A stretch of DNA of 64,000 nt, from assembly GCF_963921235.1 (NCBI RefSeq), contig NC_086097.1, positions 219,978,001-220,042,000 on the forward strand, read 5' to 3'. The notes under the pieces are model-generated. The model saw nothing but the letters and a program-made list of their open reading frames with translations. It did not search any database and was not told where the DNA came from. The position numbers and the translations under genes are program-made. Position 1 is the first letter of the stretch. Each line of letters opens with the position of its first letter. Of the stretch, positions 1 to 12,814 are shown in pieces. Origin of the DNA: Mobula hypostoma. Taxonomy: Eukaryota.

Positions 1-1117
1 CTTTGCTTATCACAATCACACCACATATACATCCAGTACAATTGATGCAATAAGCTTATAAACACTTTTTTAAAAAATACAAGTCAACTCCCCGTCCCAG
101 TGAAAGTTCCCACCTGTTCAAGGAGGAGGTTGCTCCTGCTGGTAGAGGTAACAGATCTAATAAAAATGCCCATTCTGAAAATTATACAAGAGTTTAATTT
201 ACCTGCACTCAGTGAATCATGCTTTTAATTCATATAATTCCTAAGGCCTGATGTATGTGCTCAAGTAGCTGATTTTAGCCAGCAGTAACGATACTACAGT
301 GTCTGGGCTGAGAGATGTAAATCCTAGTGGTTGTTGTCCCCGGTGGAAGAGTTAATGTGTCAGGGTGGGTTGGGCTCAGTCACAAAGCCCCTGCTGGTTG
401 AGCAACCTGCTATCGTTCCCTGTCAACACTCATTCATCCAAGGAGGTACCTGAGAGGAGTAAACACTCATCAAATCTTGGCAAAGAGACATTGCCTTCTG
501 GGTATAAGGATAAACATATGTCATCAGAGGAAAAAAAACTGGCAAGAACAAATACGTGACCAGAAAGCCATCTATGGTACACTTGCTAGCAGAGTTAATC
601 CTACGTATATAATGCAGCCCCTGGCCATATGCCAAGGATTCTTCCTGTAAATTATAACTCATCTTTCTTCTCACACTGTTTTCCTATAAATCACAACTGC
701 AAATATGCCCCAGAATACCAAAGGACCATGTATAGTACAGGATAACCATTATCAGATCAGTTGCCATCGGCTGCCCTTGCTCCACAGTTCCAACCCCTTG
801 ATCTTTCAGTTCAGAACCTGACACCAAAAAATAATTGCACCAAATTCCGTGTTTTATCAAAATGCAACCTTCCACTCTGTAAATATGAATAAATGCATGC
901 CAGTAACACAATGAGAATTTCAAGTTAGTAATTTTACACACAGTAAAAATACAACAGCATTAGGATTTGCAATTATGTATATTATGCCATTGCGTTTTGT
1001 TTGCTTTTGAAATACAGTATTTGTATAAAATGAATAACAAGATATGATATCTCATGAGAGTAAAATGTAAGATAAATATCCATAAATATATTGCCCTGAG
1101 CATCAGGCTAAACAGGT

Positions 1118-1158
1118 ACACACACACACACACACACGCACGCACGCACACACACACA
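1118..1158. repeat. Compound microsatellite (CA)n(CGCA)n(CA)n
   Basis: Directly visible. Confidence 0.95.
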
Positions 1159-2554
1159 TGAATCCAGCTTTGTAAAGATCAGAGAGAAAGGAAAATCAAA
1201 ATAGAAGGATCATAGTAATATGAGTTCAGAGTATAAAAACTGCAATACTATAGTCATATAGTAGAAAGTTGTCCTCAATACTTTGTCCTTAATGCATTGA
1301 ATATTTTGCTCTGAAATATGGCTCCATTGTTAATTCTAATAGAAGCAGTTTCTGAAAACAGCACGATGCCCCAATGCCACTGTACTGAATGTTGGTGCTG
1401 TTAACAGGAAAAAACTCTATGTCAGGATACATTTGCAATCAGTGTAGAATTTAAGCTAAATTGTTTATTGCAGGCAAATGTGCATTACTGTGCTCTTCAT
1501 GACACAATTGAATTAGATCTAATTTCTACACAATCTACCTGTGAGATCTAAACTACACAAATATGAAAAGTATCTTCAACTTTTAGAATTTGAGCTAATG
1601 TAAGAGTACAATTTAAATACCATTTTGTGGAGTACATCAAAGAAGTTGAGTGAGTTTGTGCGATAAAGTGACTGCTAAGATGGAACACCTGTGCATATAC
1701 CTGAAACAGTAGTAAGTAAGCAGGAAAAACTGAACATCAAAATTCAAGTTTTTTTTTGTTTTTCCTGCTTCAGCTATAACAAAAATAAGGTTGCAGTTAT
1801 AAAAACACACTTTGGAAATATATCACATGTTCCAAACCAATTGTTTTCTCAGCTCTTAAGTGCAATGTGAGTTCTTTTCAAATTCTATTTGATCTTATTC
1901 AAGTTAAAAACAAGTCACTTGATAAGTAACAAAACATAGCAAAGTACTTAAATATGTTTACAATAGGCAGTACTTCAATGAGATAGCTGAAAATGAGACC
2001 AAATGTTCCAGTTTTTTGCAGATATTTGGCATTAATTTTCTTTCTTATTTGTGAAGACCACTACATTTCACTTCAGCATTTCCTTTCAACAGTGTTGAAG
2101 GATGCCTTGCTGTGTGCAGGTTTGATATGCGTCTTGAATATGCCATGCACTCGGTATAACTGAAGAAGAAAATCCCTGCTTACTCTGGTCTCAATCTAGA
2201 AGTTGCCTTGGCAAATGTAGCTGACTGTGCCCCTGTGGCATTCTTAGAGAAGCAAAAAAAAATTAAGAATACCTGTGTTCATCTACAGAACAAATGACTT
2301 TAAGTGACTCATATTAAGTTTTCATTTGTTAATATAATAAAGGTGAATTTCCAGCACTAGCAATTCCTATTTATTATCCTATGATGTAAAATTATAATAT
2401 ATAGTGGGACCTGAAAATATGATCTCACATTTTTATATTTGAGGAAACAGACTTCATAATAAAATTTGTGGCAAAGCTTTCTTTCTCGTAAACAAATATT
2501 TTATGACGGTATAAAATGACTTATATTTCGGTGCATCACACTAAGCCACACTAT

Positions 2555-2810
2555 GGTGTGGCACTGTGGCACTGCTAGTAGGGGTGCTTCTTTGCAGTGA
2601 CAGAGACCTGGATTCAAACCTGACCTTGGATATTGCCGGTGTGGAGTTTCCACATGTTTCCTGTAGCTGTGGGGATTTCCAGCCACATCCCAGAGAGGTG
2701 CAGTTTGGTGGGTTAATTGGCAACTGTAAACTGTAAATGTGTGGTGGGATCTGGGGGGGGCAGGGCAGAATTGGTGTTAATGAGAGTAATGGATTTGTTG
2801 GTCAGGACAC
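2555..2810 (+). mobile_element. tRNA-derived V-SINE-like (HE1-type) element, degenerate
   Basis: Box A/B-like head (GGCACTGTGGC...GGATTCAAACC), then V-domain-like GTGTGGAGTTTCCACATGTTTCC and GGTTAATTGGCAACTGTAAA. Confidence 0.65.
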
Positions 2811-5800
2811 TGTGGAGTTACAGAAGTGTCAACTCTACTGGATCACCTTTGGAAGGCTATGTTGGTAGATGATTTCACGATTTTTGACTTCATTTTTAGA
2901 GTGCCAGGGGTAAAGAGTCCCCTGAAAATGATCCCCTTTTGAGCTTCCTGAGGATTTCTAGTTGCAAGGTTAATGCCCGGTACTGATTTGGATAGGCAGA
3001 TGAGCTTGTTTCTATGCTCATTTACTCTAACAAAAATTACCAAAGGCGACAAAAATATTAGCAAACATTTTATGAAATCTCAAGGCATAATCTAGTTTAT
3101 CTGAGCAAACACTTCATCTGTTCATGATCGGTAGAGAAACATCCTGGTAAATTTATTGCAAGTAGCACTCGAGACCACTCAGTCTTTATTCCCTTCACAT
3201 GGGGGAACTCAACGAAAAAAAATAAAAAAAATCTGGGATGATAGGTGTAGAATGGACACAATAAGAAGCAACATCTGATCTTTTATTGGGATGAGTTAAT
3301 TTAGGGCCTCCCAAAACACTTTGAAATGCATGACACCTATATGAATGGGCTTTTACAGAGAGAGGCAAAACAAGGTAAGAGACACTGTACAACTTCAAGA
3401 AATTGTTGTTGAGCGTCGAGTTTGGGAAACAGAATTCAGATTAACCTTCCCATTGAGCAAGGTAGGCAGCAAGATGGGCACTGCCCCAATTCTGCCACAA
3501 AACTAGTACCCCTCAATCAGCCATCGTCACCCTTAACCCCTCCTGAGAGGAACACTTAGGCTACTGACACTGAGGAAGGTGACCAAAATATACCTATAAG
3601 AGATGGTTATGCACCCTTTTAACGAAGAGGCTGATGATGGCGGCTAAACCAACCAAAGTTAAATAAGGCACAGCGTGCTTCCTTTTTCAACAGGCATGAT
3701 GTTTATGTGTCTGTTTTGGGCTGGGCAAATGCCCATGGCCTTGAACATCTGATTGTACAGTCGGCACACTGCAGCCACACAGTTGTTTGGTTAGTGAGAG
3801 GCCCTGTATTTTCATGGAGTCAATGAGTGCTGTGTTTGAATATACTAGCAAGCTAGCTCCACGTCCAATTTTTGGACATATATAGTCAGTCACTAGTGGG
3901 CTGGTCCTAGGTTGGAGACCTCATACACTGCTTCAGAGTACTCCATGTAAACAGATTCGGTCAACCTTCAAAGGCTTCGACACCATCTCTATCCTCAGTC
4001 CTAATTTCAGCCTCCTGGAAGCAGGTTCCACTGTAGAAGGTTCTGAAGAGATTTTTTTTTATTCCCAAAAGTAAGTAGAAAGGGGACAAAGGCAATGCTG
4101 GAAGTCTTAAAATATAAAAGCCCTCCCTACTCATGTCCACCTATAATGGAGGAGAGTCAGATGTTGGTCAGTGAATCTGTTCTCAATGCTCAAAACTGTT
4201 GCCAAATGTTCTGTCCCTGTTTTAACTATATTGTCTTGATTTAACATGAAGCTTAATATTATAATATGTGAAAGCCTTTGAAAAATATTTACTGCACCAG
4301 CTGCAGGATCAAGAAACAATGGATTTATCTCATTCCCTCACACCATTTCCACCCCAGTCACTCTAAACCTCCCCCAAGCTCCATGTCATAAACAAAGTCT
4401 AACTCACCCTGAACCTCCCTCCAACTGTTTGCATATTCTACAAAAGTAGCCACTCCTCTCCCAGTGATGAGACATTGCTGGTTCAAATTGCATGCTACAT
4501 GGCTGGATAAAATTCAAAACTGGCATCAGGCAATGGAGGGAACACATCTGCACATCTTCATCGACCAATCCTGCAGACATAAGAGGTGAGAGACTCTAAG
4601 TTCCCCCCTCTCCCTACTGCACCACACTGTCTTTAGTGACGAGGGAAGGAGAAGACATAAATGCATGAAAATTTATTTGGTGTGAAGATGAGACATTGCA
4701 TAAAGGTGTCTGGCTGTATAGAGGGGATGTGGGGAAATGCAGATGATGGCTGTCCCCACATGTGAATATGCGGGGCAAGGGCAAGAGGAATAGGAGTAGA
4801 TTTATGGAATTACGGTAATACACATGAAACACAGTGCACACTTTTCCTAATCATACGAAGGCACTAAACTCTCTTTCACCTAGGGTCCGGCAGCAGGAAA
4901 CCATGCCACCGCTACTCACTCCTAAGACTAGCTCTATTCCTGCCTGCTCTTGCTGACGGCCCACTTCTTCCCAGCAGTGGGAGTTATCATGCTCCTGTGT
5001 GCCCTTCTGCCCTCAGAATGGAGCGTCCTGAGCGCTGCACGCTCCTTTTCTCTATGCAGCCGACTCCGTAAACCTTCAAAGGTTTTGTCTGAAATGTCCA
5101 TTTAACCTGTGACCTGAAATTGAAGCTACCTGCTCAATTTAATTGATGGAAAATAAAGCTGAAATGTAAGGTTAAAGTGGTAGCATGATTACAGAGCAAC
5201 TAATAAATATGCTGCAGAAACAGCTGGGTTTCCTGGGTCTTGCTCCCATGCCTTTGGAACAGTAACATTCAGCACACAGGATCAACACTGGGATTATTTT
5301 TATGACTAAGGTACGGTTGACTAGCAACAGCTTAACTTTGTACAGTCATTTCCATTTACTTTTACAGCTACCATCCTTTTCATTGTCCCATGCAAAATAA
5401 CCAGCTAATATCCTTTGATCCCACACGTATCCACTGATACAAAACACAGAAAGATGCTCAAAACACAAAGCAGATCTGTCAGGATCTAAAAGAGAGAAGT
5501 TAGCATTTCAGAATCTGTAAGACTGCAACTGAAAATTGATTTATCTTTCTCCATTATAGATATGGTAAATCTCCTGTTTTCAACAAACTTTGTTTTTATT
5601 TATTCCTGAAGGACCTGCATGTTCTTTTCACACCCATTTCCAACAGCGGGTGCCAGCAATACCAACTGCTTGTCACATTAACAGTATTGGACCTTTGACT
5701 CTGTGTTCTGAGCATCAGTCGTGCTTCTTTGAACCAGGTCATTATTGCCACCTACTGGTAAGCGCTAGAACTTCAGGAATTTGTGCCCCCATCTGTGGCA

Positions 5801-5956
5801 AAGGCACACGGTCCAGGCACATCAATATTACACATAACAGGAACAGAAAAAGCTGGAAGAACTCAACCCATCAGTCAAAACCTGATCCATTTTTCAAACC
5901 TTTGCAATGTTTTTAACATACTTTTACAAACTGCTGGAATTTACTATCTTGTAATA

Positions 5957-6293
5957 CAGTACTGAGCAAAAGTCTTAGGCACATGAAAGAAAACTTTGTA
6001 AAGCAAAAATGCTTTAAAAAATGAAATGAGTAAAGTTTCTAAATATCAAAAAAATTACTATAAGGAGCAGTAAACAGTAAAAAACTAAATCAAATCAATA
6101 TCTGGTGTGACCAGCCTTTCCCTTTAAACCTGCTTCAATTCTCTTGCTACAGTTCTTCAGCAGACTTTGACTGTCTTGCTTGCTTCTGTCTCTCCAGGTA
6201 TTGATGGTGTTGAGATCACGGCTCTGTGGAGACCATACCATCTGAAACCATATTTTAAAAATCTAGGGTGCCTAAGACATTTGTACAGTACTG
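5957..6293. mobile_element. Non-autonomous Tc1/mariner MITE
   Basis: 26-bp TIRs CAGTACTGAGCAAAAGTCTTAGGCAC (5957-5982) and 6268-6293 match 23/26. Flanked by TA on both sides. Confidence 0.88.
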
Positions 6294-6993
6294 TAAGTTG
6301 CACAAAGATTATTAATGATTACAGTATGTTAAAAGACGTCCATTTACACATAAAGCATTAGACCGAGTTCAAGGATATGGGGACAGATTTTAAACTTGCT
6401 GGCTGTTTGTTTCTGAAGGAAGTCACTGTAGTGGTCATAGGCTTGCAGATCCTATAATGGGGAACAGACCTCAACTTTATGTCAAAATTACCAAGTGAAG
6501 AATTCACCCACTTTGTATCTTGGAGTACTTATTAGTTTCTAACAATCTAGAACAGATCAAAATAGAATTTATTTTTAAAAACATTATGGAAGTTTGTTCT
6601 GTTTCTTATTCTTTCAGAGATTATCCTTAAATTGACTTGAGTGCAAATCATCACTCCATAAGATTAAAAATGACACAAGTTATCCGTGAGTTCAAATCAC
6701 ATTGAGGTAACCAGCCCTCCAGTGTGCCATAGTTGATGTGATAATCCATTTCCTTTAGTCAGTGGATGTCACTTTTTAAATTAAAAAGGCACAGGTTTTG
6801 TTGTTTTACCTGGAGAAACTTTCCAAATGGTGCTTTGTCGAAGAATTAAACGTAAGAACAACCATCAGTAATTTTTTGACAACTAAATCCCTCAGACAAC
6901 ATACAGTATATGTGAATTCACCTGTGTCTATTATCACTTTGTTCAGTGTTCTTAACCGTGTATATTACTTTTTCATGGGATATCAGATGATAT

Positions 6994-7373
6994 CTATGCT
7001 ACATGCTGAACTCTTCCAGACTGTGGTAGGTGTTCATTGTGTTCGGCTCTTATTTGAAAGGAAGGACATGATCGAGTCTGTGCATAGTTGTGGCGAGTCC
7101 CTGGGTTACTGAGCAGTTCACTGACAGTGCTTATGGGTGAAGCTCTCCGTCGCCACCTTTGCAGATGGGTTTCTTTCTGTTTGATTGAGTGCCAGGCAAA
7201 AGAGATAAAAACAAAGCCGGCAAACTTGAGGCCTGCTGCCAGCCCGAAGTAGACAAATCTGAAGGAGGTCACATCGTATTCCCAGCAGGAGCCGACAACG
7301 CCACATTCCTGTTGCCAAAGCATGCAAGTTGTGTCAATCACAGCCCCGAAGTAAATTGGTGTTGGAATGTAAG
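6994..7373 (-). CDS. SLCO5A1: SLCO5A1 terminal coding exon (380 nt coding, to TAG)
   Basis: Encodes (A)YIPTPIYFGAVIDTTCMLWQQECGVVGSCWEYDVTSFRFVYFGLAAGLKFAGFVF...GRVQHVA*. TTCCAG acceptor with AG at 7375-7374; OATP motif P.YFG..ID..C..W...CG..G.C..Y. Confidence 0.95.
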
Positions 7374-7939
7374 CTGGAAGCAACAAAATGGTTATGGTCA
7401 AATGAAGAAACTCAGGTGCAGTGTAAAACTTATTTTTTAAGAAAACACTCATTTGGTGTCAATATTAAAAAGGCAAATAGAAAAACATAATGGTTAGAAG
7501 TGGTATAAAGCTGTTTGCAATCTATCCTGAGATGTTTTGTTGGCTCCAAGTAAGCAACAGCTATGTAAATGAAGCATTACAGGTTCACTAAACCCACCTG
7601 CACACAGGAACGATTAAAATGTTAATTTGAAGGGGAGACTTTCACTGTAATCTATGCAGCTCTCCTAAACTGGAAAACCTTAATCCTGCTGTTCAGTAAC
7701 TGCATGCTGTCACACTATCATCCATGTTTCCAAGACAATTGATATCCAGCTTTATGGAACGCTGAGTAATTTTTCACTGCCGATAGCTTATTAATGTGAT
7801 ATTAACTCAATCTTTTCAAAAATTTTTAAGAAGGGGATGTCAGATCAGAATTAGCTTAGAGTGTGTATTTTCTAAACTCTTTGATTAAGCATGTTGAAAG
7901 AAATCCTCAAAACATGACTTCTCTACATATAACGGACAC

Positions 7940-8057
7940 TATTATTATTATTATTATTTTCTTCTCTCTCTCTGCTAGATTATGTATTGTGTTGAACTGC
8001 TGCTGCTAAATTAACAAATTTCATGTCACATGCCGGTGATAATAAACCTGATTCTGA
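7940..8057 (+). mobile_element. 3' tail fragment of a Rex1/Babar- or L2-type LINE
   Basis: Ends GGTGATAATAAACCTGATTCTGA, the same tail type as 31640-31980. Confidence 0.5.
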
Positions 8058-8469
8058 AAGATTCAAAGCCTCCCTTTTCGTGTGTACATTTTCAATCTTA
8101 GATTGGCCAATCAAGTGTAAATTTAACATTGCAGAGCGGGAAGACGCATTCACTTCTGCTGGAACAGTAATGGAATGTCACTAAAACCTTATAAATAGCT
8201 GTGGCGTCAGCAAAGCAACTGCTGTCTGCAAGCTCAGAATAATTCTTCCACTCTGTAATTACATTAATTAGTGCCTCTATAAAAGCATCTCAAAATACTC
8301 CACTCAGAGAATTGTTTTGATGTGCCTATGTCAGTTGAGCTAGTGAGTAGTACATGTCTCAATCATTTTTTTGGTAGTATTTGGTTAAGGGAGGAGTGCT
8401 GGTCACAATCTACAATTTTTTCTTCTCTAAGCATTGCTGTAGACTTTTTAATTCACTTTTGGTTTATGT

Positions 8470-8590
8470 TTCCTTGAGAAGGCGGGGGAGTGGAACTAAG
8501 TGGGAGAATGGATCAGCTCATAATCAAATGGCAGAGCAGACTCAATGGGGCGAATGGCTGACTTCTGCTCCTTTGTCTTATGGTCTAATA
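8470..8590 (+). mobile_element. CR1 LINE 3' tail fragment
   Basis: AATGGCAGAGCAGACTCAATGGG...CTGCTCCTTTGTCTTATGGTCT is shared with CR1 ends near 37500-37580 and 42480-42565. Confidence 0.75.
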
Positions 8591-8851
8591 CTACAAACTG
8601 TTCGATTGCAGTGGAAGGTTGGGTTCAACTGGACCTCAATAGGAACTGGATTCATGTTTTCCTGATCAAAAAAAGTGTTCTCAAATGAGGAACACTAGAA
8701 TTTTAGTGAACACGGAATTTACCGAAAACAACTTTTTTTTTGCTGTACCAGGACAACTCTATATTGGACCTCTTTAGTCTTGATCCAAAACAGCTACACT
8801 GAGGAGGTGAAGAGAGTCATTGCCCCGATACCAGAATTTATTTTACCTCAG

Positions 8852-9740
8852 AGAGTCCTAGATTCATAGAAAAGTACAGAACAGTAACAACGTCTTTGCC
8901 CAATCTACTCCATGCAAAACTATTTAAACTGCCAACTCCCATCAACCTGCACCAGGACCACAGTACTCCATACCCCTACCATCCATGTACCTAACCAAAT
9001 TTCCCTTAAACATTGAAATCGAGCTTGCATGCACCACTTGTGCTAGCAGCTCGATGCACACTCCCATGAGCCTCTGAGTGAAGAAGTTTCCCCTCTTGTT
9101 CCCCTTACTTTCCACCTTTCAAACTTAACCCACGACCCCTGGTTGTGGTCCCACCCAACCTCAGTGGAAAATGCTAGCTTTTATTTACCCTATGTATAGC
9201 CCTCATAATTTCGCATACCTCTATTAAATCTATGGCTTTTTTTGTTCATTCTGTTGGTTTTTAAAAGTTTCCCAATCCTCTAATTTCCCACTAAATGTTG
9301 CTCTATTATATATCCTCTCTTTTGCTTTCACGCTGTCTTTGACTTCCCTTATCAGCCACAGTTGCCTCATCCTCCCTTTGAAACACTTCTTGTTTGGGCT
9401 ATGTCAGTCTTGCTCCTCCTGAATTGCACCCAGAAACTCCAGCCATTGCTATTCTGCCATCATCCCTGTGTCTCCCAAGAGAGGGAATTGCAGGATGTCT
9501 ATGAGGTATCTTTTTAGAGCAGCCTGTGATTGAGCCCACCAGGGAATTTTGGATTGGGTGTTGTGTCATAAACCAGGTTTGAATAGGGAGCTTAAGGTAA
9601 AGGAGCACTTAATAAAGTGAACATAATATCATGGAATTCACCCTGCAGTTTGAGAGGGAGAAGCTAAAGTCAGATGTATCAGTATCACAATGGAGTAAAG
9701 GGAATTACAGAGGCATGAGAGAGGAGCTGGCTAAAATCAA
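8852..9740 (-). mobile_element. Rearranged CR1 fragments (minus-strand 3' end plus internal pieces; 9490-9740 on plus)
   Basis: Reverse-complement CR1 tail (CATAGAAAAGTACAG...) and ORF2-like fragments similar to other CR1 copies in the window. Confidence 0.7.
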
Positions 9741-11537
9741 TGCAGCATCGGATTCACTACGGCAGACAATTCTCTGGGAAGTATGCAAGATGGATATGCA
9801 AAAGTAAATTGCAAACAAGAGAAAGTTTGCAGCTGCTGGAACTTTGAAGCAACACACAGAAAATACTGGATGAACTCAGCAGGTCAGGCAGCATCTATGG
9901 AAAAATGTAAACCATAAGATCATAATATATAGGAGCAGAATTAGGCCACTTAACCCACAGAGTCCGCTCCGCAATTTCATCACAGCTGATCCATTTTTCT
10001 TCTCAACCCCAGTCTCCTACCTTCCCTCCATATTCTTTCATGCCCTGACCGATCAAGAATATTAAATACACATAAAGACTTGGACTCCATACCTATCTGT
10101 GGCAACAAATTCCACAGATTCAGCACTTTCTGGCTAAGGAAATTCTTCCGCATTTCCGTTCTAAAAGGACGCCTCTCTATTCGGAGGCTGTGTCTTCTTG
10201 TCTTACACTCTCCTACCATATCCTCTCCGCATCCACTCTATCAAGGCCTTTCACCATTCAATAGGTTTCAATTAGATTGCCCCTCATTCTTCTGAATTCT
10301 AGCGAATACAGGCCAAGAGCCATCAAATACTCTTCATACAACAAGCAGTTCGATCCTGGAATCTACCAAAGTGCATGACCATACACATCCTAACACTATT
10401 CCATCTGCCACTTCTTTCCCCATTCTCCTAATCTGTCTAAGTCCTTTTGTAGCCTCGATTCTTCGACAAAACTACCTGCCATTCTACCTATCTTCATATC
10501 ATCTGCAAACTGCAACAAAGCCACCAATTCCATCATCCAAGTCATGGAACTATAACCTAAAAAGAAGCAGGCCCAACACAGACCCCTGTACAATACCACA
10601 AGTCACTGGCAGCCATCCCAGAAAAGGCTCCCTTTATTTTCATTCCTTGCCTCCTGCCAATCAACCACTGGTTTATCCATGCTAGAAACTTCCCTGTAAT
10701 GCCAAGTGCTCGTAACCTGTTATGCGGCCTCATGTGTGGCACCTTGTCAAAGGCCTTCTGAAAATCCAAGAACACAACATTAACTGATTCTCCTTTGTCC
10801 GTCCTGCTTGGTATTTTTTCAACGAATTCCAGCAGATTTGTCAGGCAAGATTTTCCCTTGAGGAAACCATGTTGACTACAGCCTACTTTATCCTCTGCCT
10901 CCAAGTACCCCAAAACCACATCCTTAACAACTGATTCCAACATTTTCCCCATCCACTGAGGTCAGGCTAACTAGCCTATAGTTCCCTTTCTTCAGCTCTC
11001 TTCTTTCTTGAACAATGGAATGGTATTTGCAATTTTCCAATCTTACTCCTCTCTCATGCCTCTATAATTCCCTTTACTCCACTGTAATACTGATACATCT
11101 GACTTTGACTTCTCCTTCTCAAATTTCAGTGTTAATTGAAACTTATTATGATCACTTTCCCTTCAGGGTTCTTTTACCTTAAGCTCTCTTAATCAATTCC
11201 GGTTCATTGCACAACACCCGATCGAGACCAGCTAATCCCCAAGTGGGCTCAAACACGAGTTGCTCTGAAAAATCATCTCATAAGCATTCTGCAAATTGTC
11301 CCTCTTGGGATTCAACACCAACCTGATTTCCCCAACCTACCTGCATACTGAACTTCCCCATGAATATCGTTAATTGTCCTTTTGACATGCATTTTCTATC
11401 TCCCTTTATAATTTGTAGGTAACATCTTTACTACTGTTTGGGGGGTCTGTATACAACTCCCATCAGGGTCTTTTTACCCTTGCAGTTCCTTAGCTCTACC
11501 CACAACGACTCAATACCTTCCAACCTCTTTCTGATGA

Positions 11538-11641
11538 AAGGTTAGTCCTGACGAAGGGTCTCGGCCTGAAACGTCGACTGCACCTCTTCCTACAGATGCT
11601 GCCTGGCCTGCTGCGTTCACCAGCAACTTTGATGTGTGTTG
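11538..11641 (+). mobile_element. Penelope-like terminal-repeat mini-element (104 bp) with 13-bp TSD
   Basis: TSD CTCTTTCTGATGA at 11525-11537 and 11642-11654. The body matches the 3' end of the PLE relic at 28961-29057. Confidence 0.85.
11543..11580 (+). ncRNA. Minimal type I hammerhead ribozyme motif (PLE-associated), intact core
   Basis: UAGUC-CUGACGA-AGGGUCUCGGCCU-GAAAC-GUC-GACUG. Stem I is UAGUC/GACUG, stem II is short, and palindromic ACGU replaces stem III. Predicted cleavage is after C11575. Activity is not shown. Confidence 0.72.
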
Positions 11642-11864
11642 CTCTTTCTGATGATATGATCTCATTCTTTTTTAACCAACAAAGCCATGCCACCCCCTCT
11701 GCCTATCTGTTTGTCCTTTGATACAATGTGTATCCTTGGGCATTAAGCTCCCAGCTATAATCTTCTTCCAGCCATGATCCAGTGATGCCCACAGCTTCAT
11801 ACATGCCAGCCTGCAACTGCGCTGCAAGTTCTTCTACTTTATTTCGTAAACTGCGCAAAAATTT

Positions 11865-12004
11865 AAACAGTTGATGTTTCTGATTGAGACCTTTCTTCAG
11901 GACTCCTTCCTGAAGAAGGGTCTCAGCCCAAAACATTGACTGTTTTCTATTTTCCATAGATGCTGCCTGATCTGCTGGGTTCCTCCAGGATTTTGTGTGT
12001 GTTG
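11865..12004. mobile_element. Degenerate fold-back PLE terminal-repeat element
   Basis: Inverted arms around CTTCAGGA...CCTGAAGAAGGG; ends TTTTGTGTGTGTTG like other family members. Confidence 0.75.
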
Positions 12005-12249
12005 GTTCAGATATATAAAAGGTTTCCCTTCTCACTTCTCCCCCATGCTTTCCCTCCAGACTTCTATCCTGATGTCTGTGACTTCAATGGAGCAAGTTCC
12101 TTCACAGTCTTATGGTGTTAAAGACAGATCAGCTGGAAGATTCTGTGAAACTCCCATTGAAAACCATATGACCTTCATTTTAGTACTTTAATCTGTGTGT
12201 AAACCATCTTGTACTTTTTGTTTGCACAAATTTGAATGGGCATTACCAT

Positions 12250-12640
12250 TATATGCAGCATGTGTTGAGTGGAATCACCCCTCCACTACTGCTGCAGGGT
12301 GAACCATTGACAAGGTAGCATATAATAACTCCAATGATCTTCAACACATACTCCCAAATACACAACCTCCATCGTCTTCAAGGACAACAGCAACAATACA
12401 GGAAGCATCATCATCCTCAATTTTTAGTCAAGGCACACATAATCACACTTTGGACACACATTCCTTTATTCTGGCTGAGTCAAAGTCCTGAAGATCCATA
12501 TCTAACATAGCACTGACTGCAGACATTGACTACACTGATTCAATAAAACATTTATTTACCATCTTCTCAAGAGCAACTCGGGATGAGCAATGAAAGCTGG
12601 TCTTGCCAGTGACACTCCCCATGAACTAGTGTAAAAAAAA
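12250..12640 (+). mobile_element. Old CR1/L2-group LINE 3' end
   Basis: Tail CCATCTTCTCAAGAGCAACTCGGGATGAGCAATGAAAGCTGGTCTTGCCAGTGAC; a similar reverse copy lies near 51710-51780. Confidence 0.5.
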
Positions 12641-12814
12641 TCAGTAATTTTGATGCAGTTTCATTTGCTTGTCAGAGGATGGCACTATTGTAATGCCTAA
12701 ACTCATGTCTGATTTGTACCATAAAATTTCTGAATCCTTGCAGTTTCTCCACAGAATTCCATTTTTTCTTATTTTTAAAATACTTGACCATATCCACTTT
12801 TAAAAGTATTGCAG

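Larger units (their letters stand above)
9911..11857 (-). mobile_element. CR1 LINE, internally deleted, interrupted by a PLE mini-element
   Basis: RT motifs in ORFs 10557-10952 (QHGFLKGKSCLTNL, DFQKAFDKVPH) and 10396-10599 (FADD). CR1 tail at 9911. Confidence 0.9.

Noticed and set aside
250..590. Possible ancient SINE (also 63050-63260) and old LINE remnant at about 3430-4040
   Set aside because: The composition looks repeat-like, but I could not identify diagnostic motifs or boundaries, so these are left uncalled.
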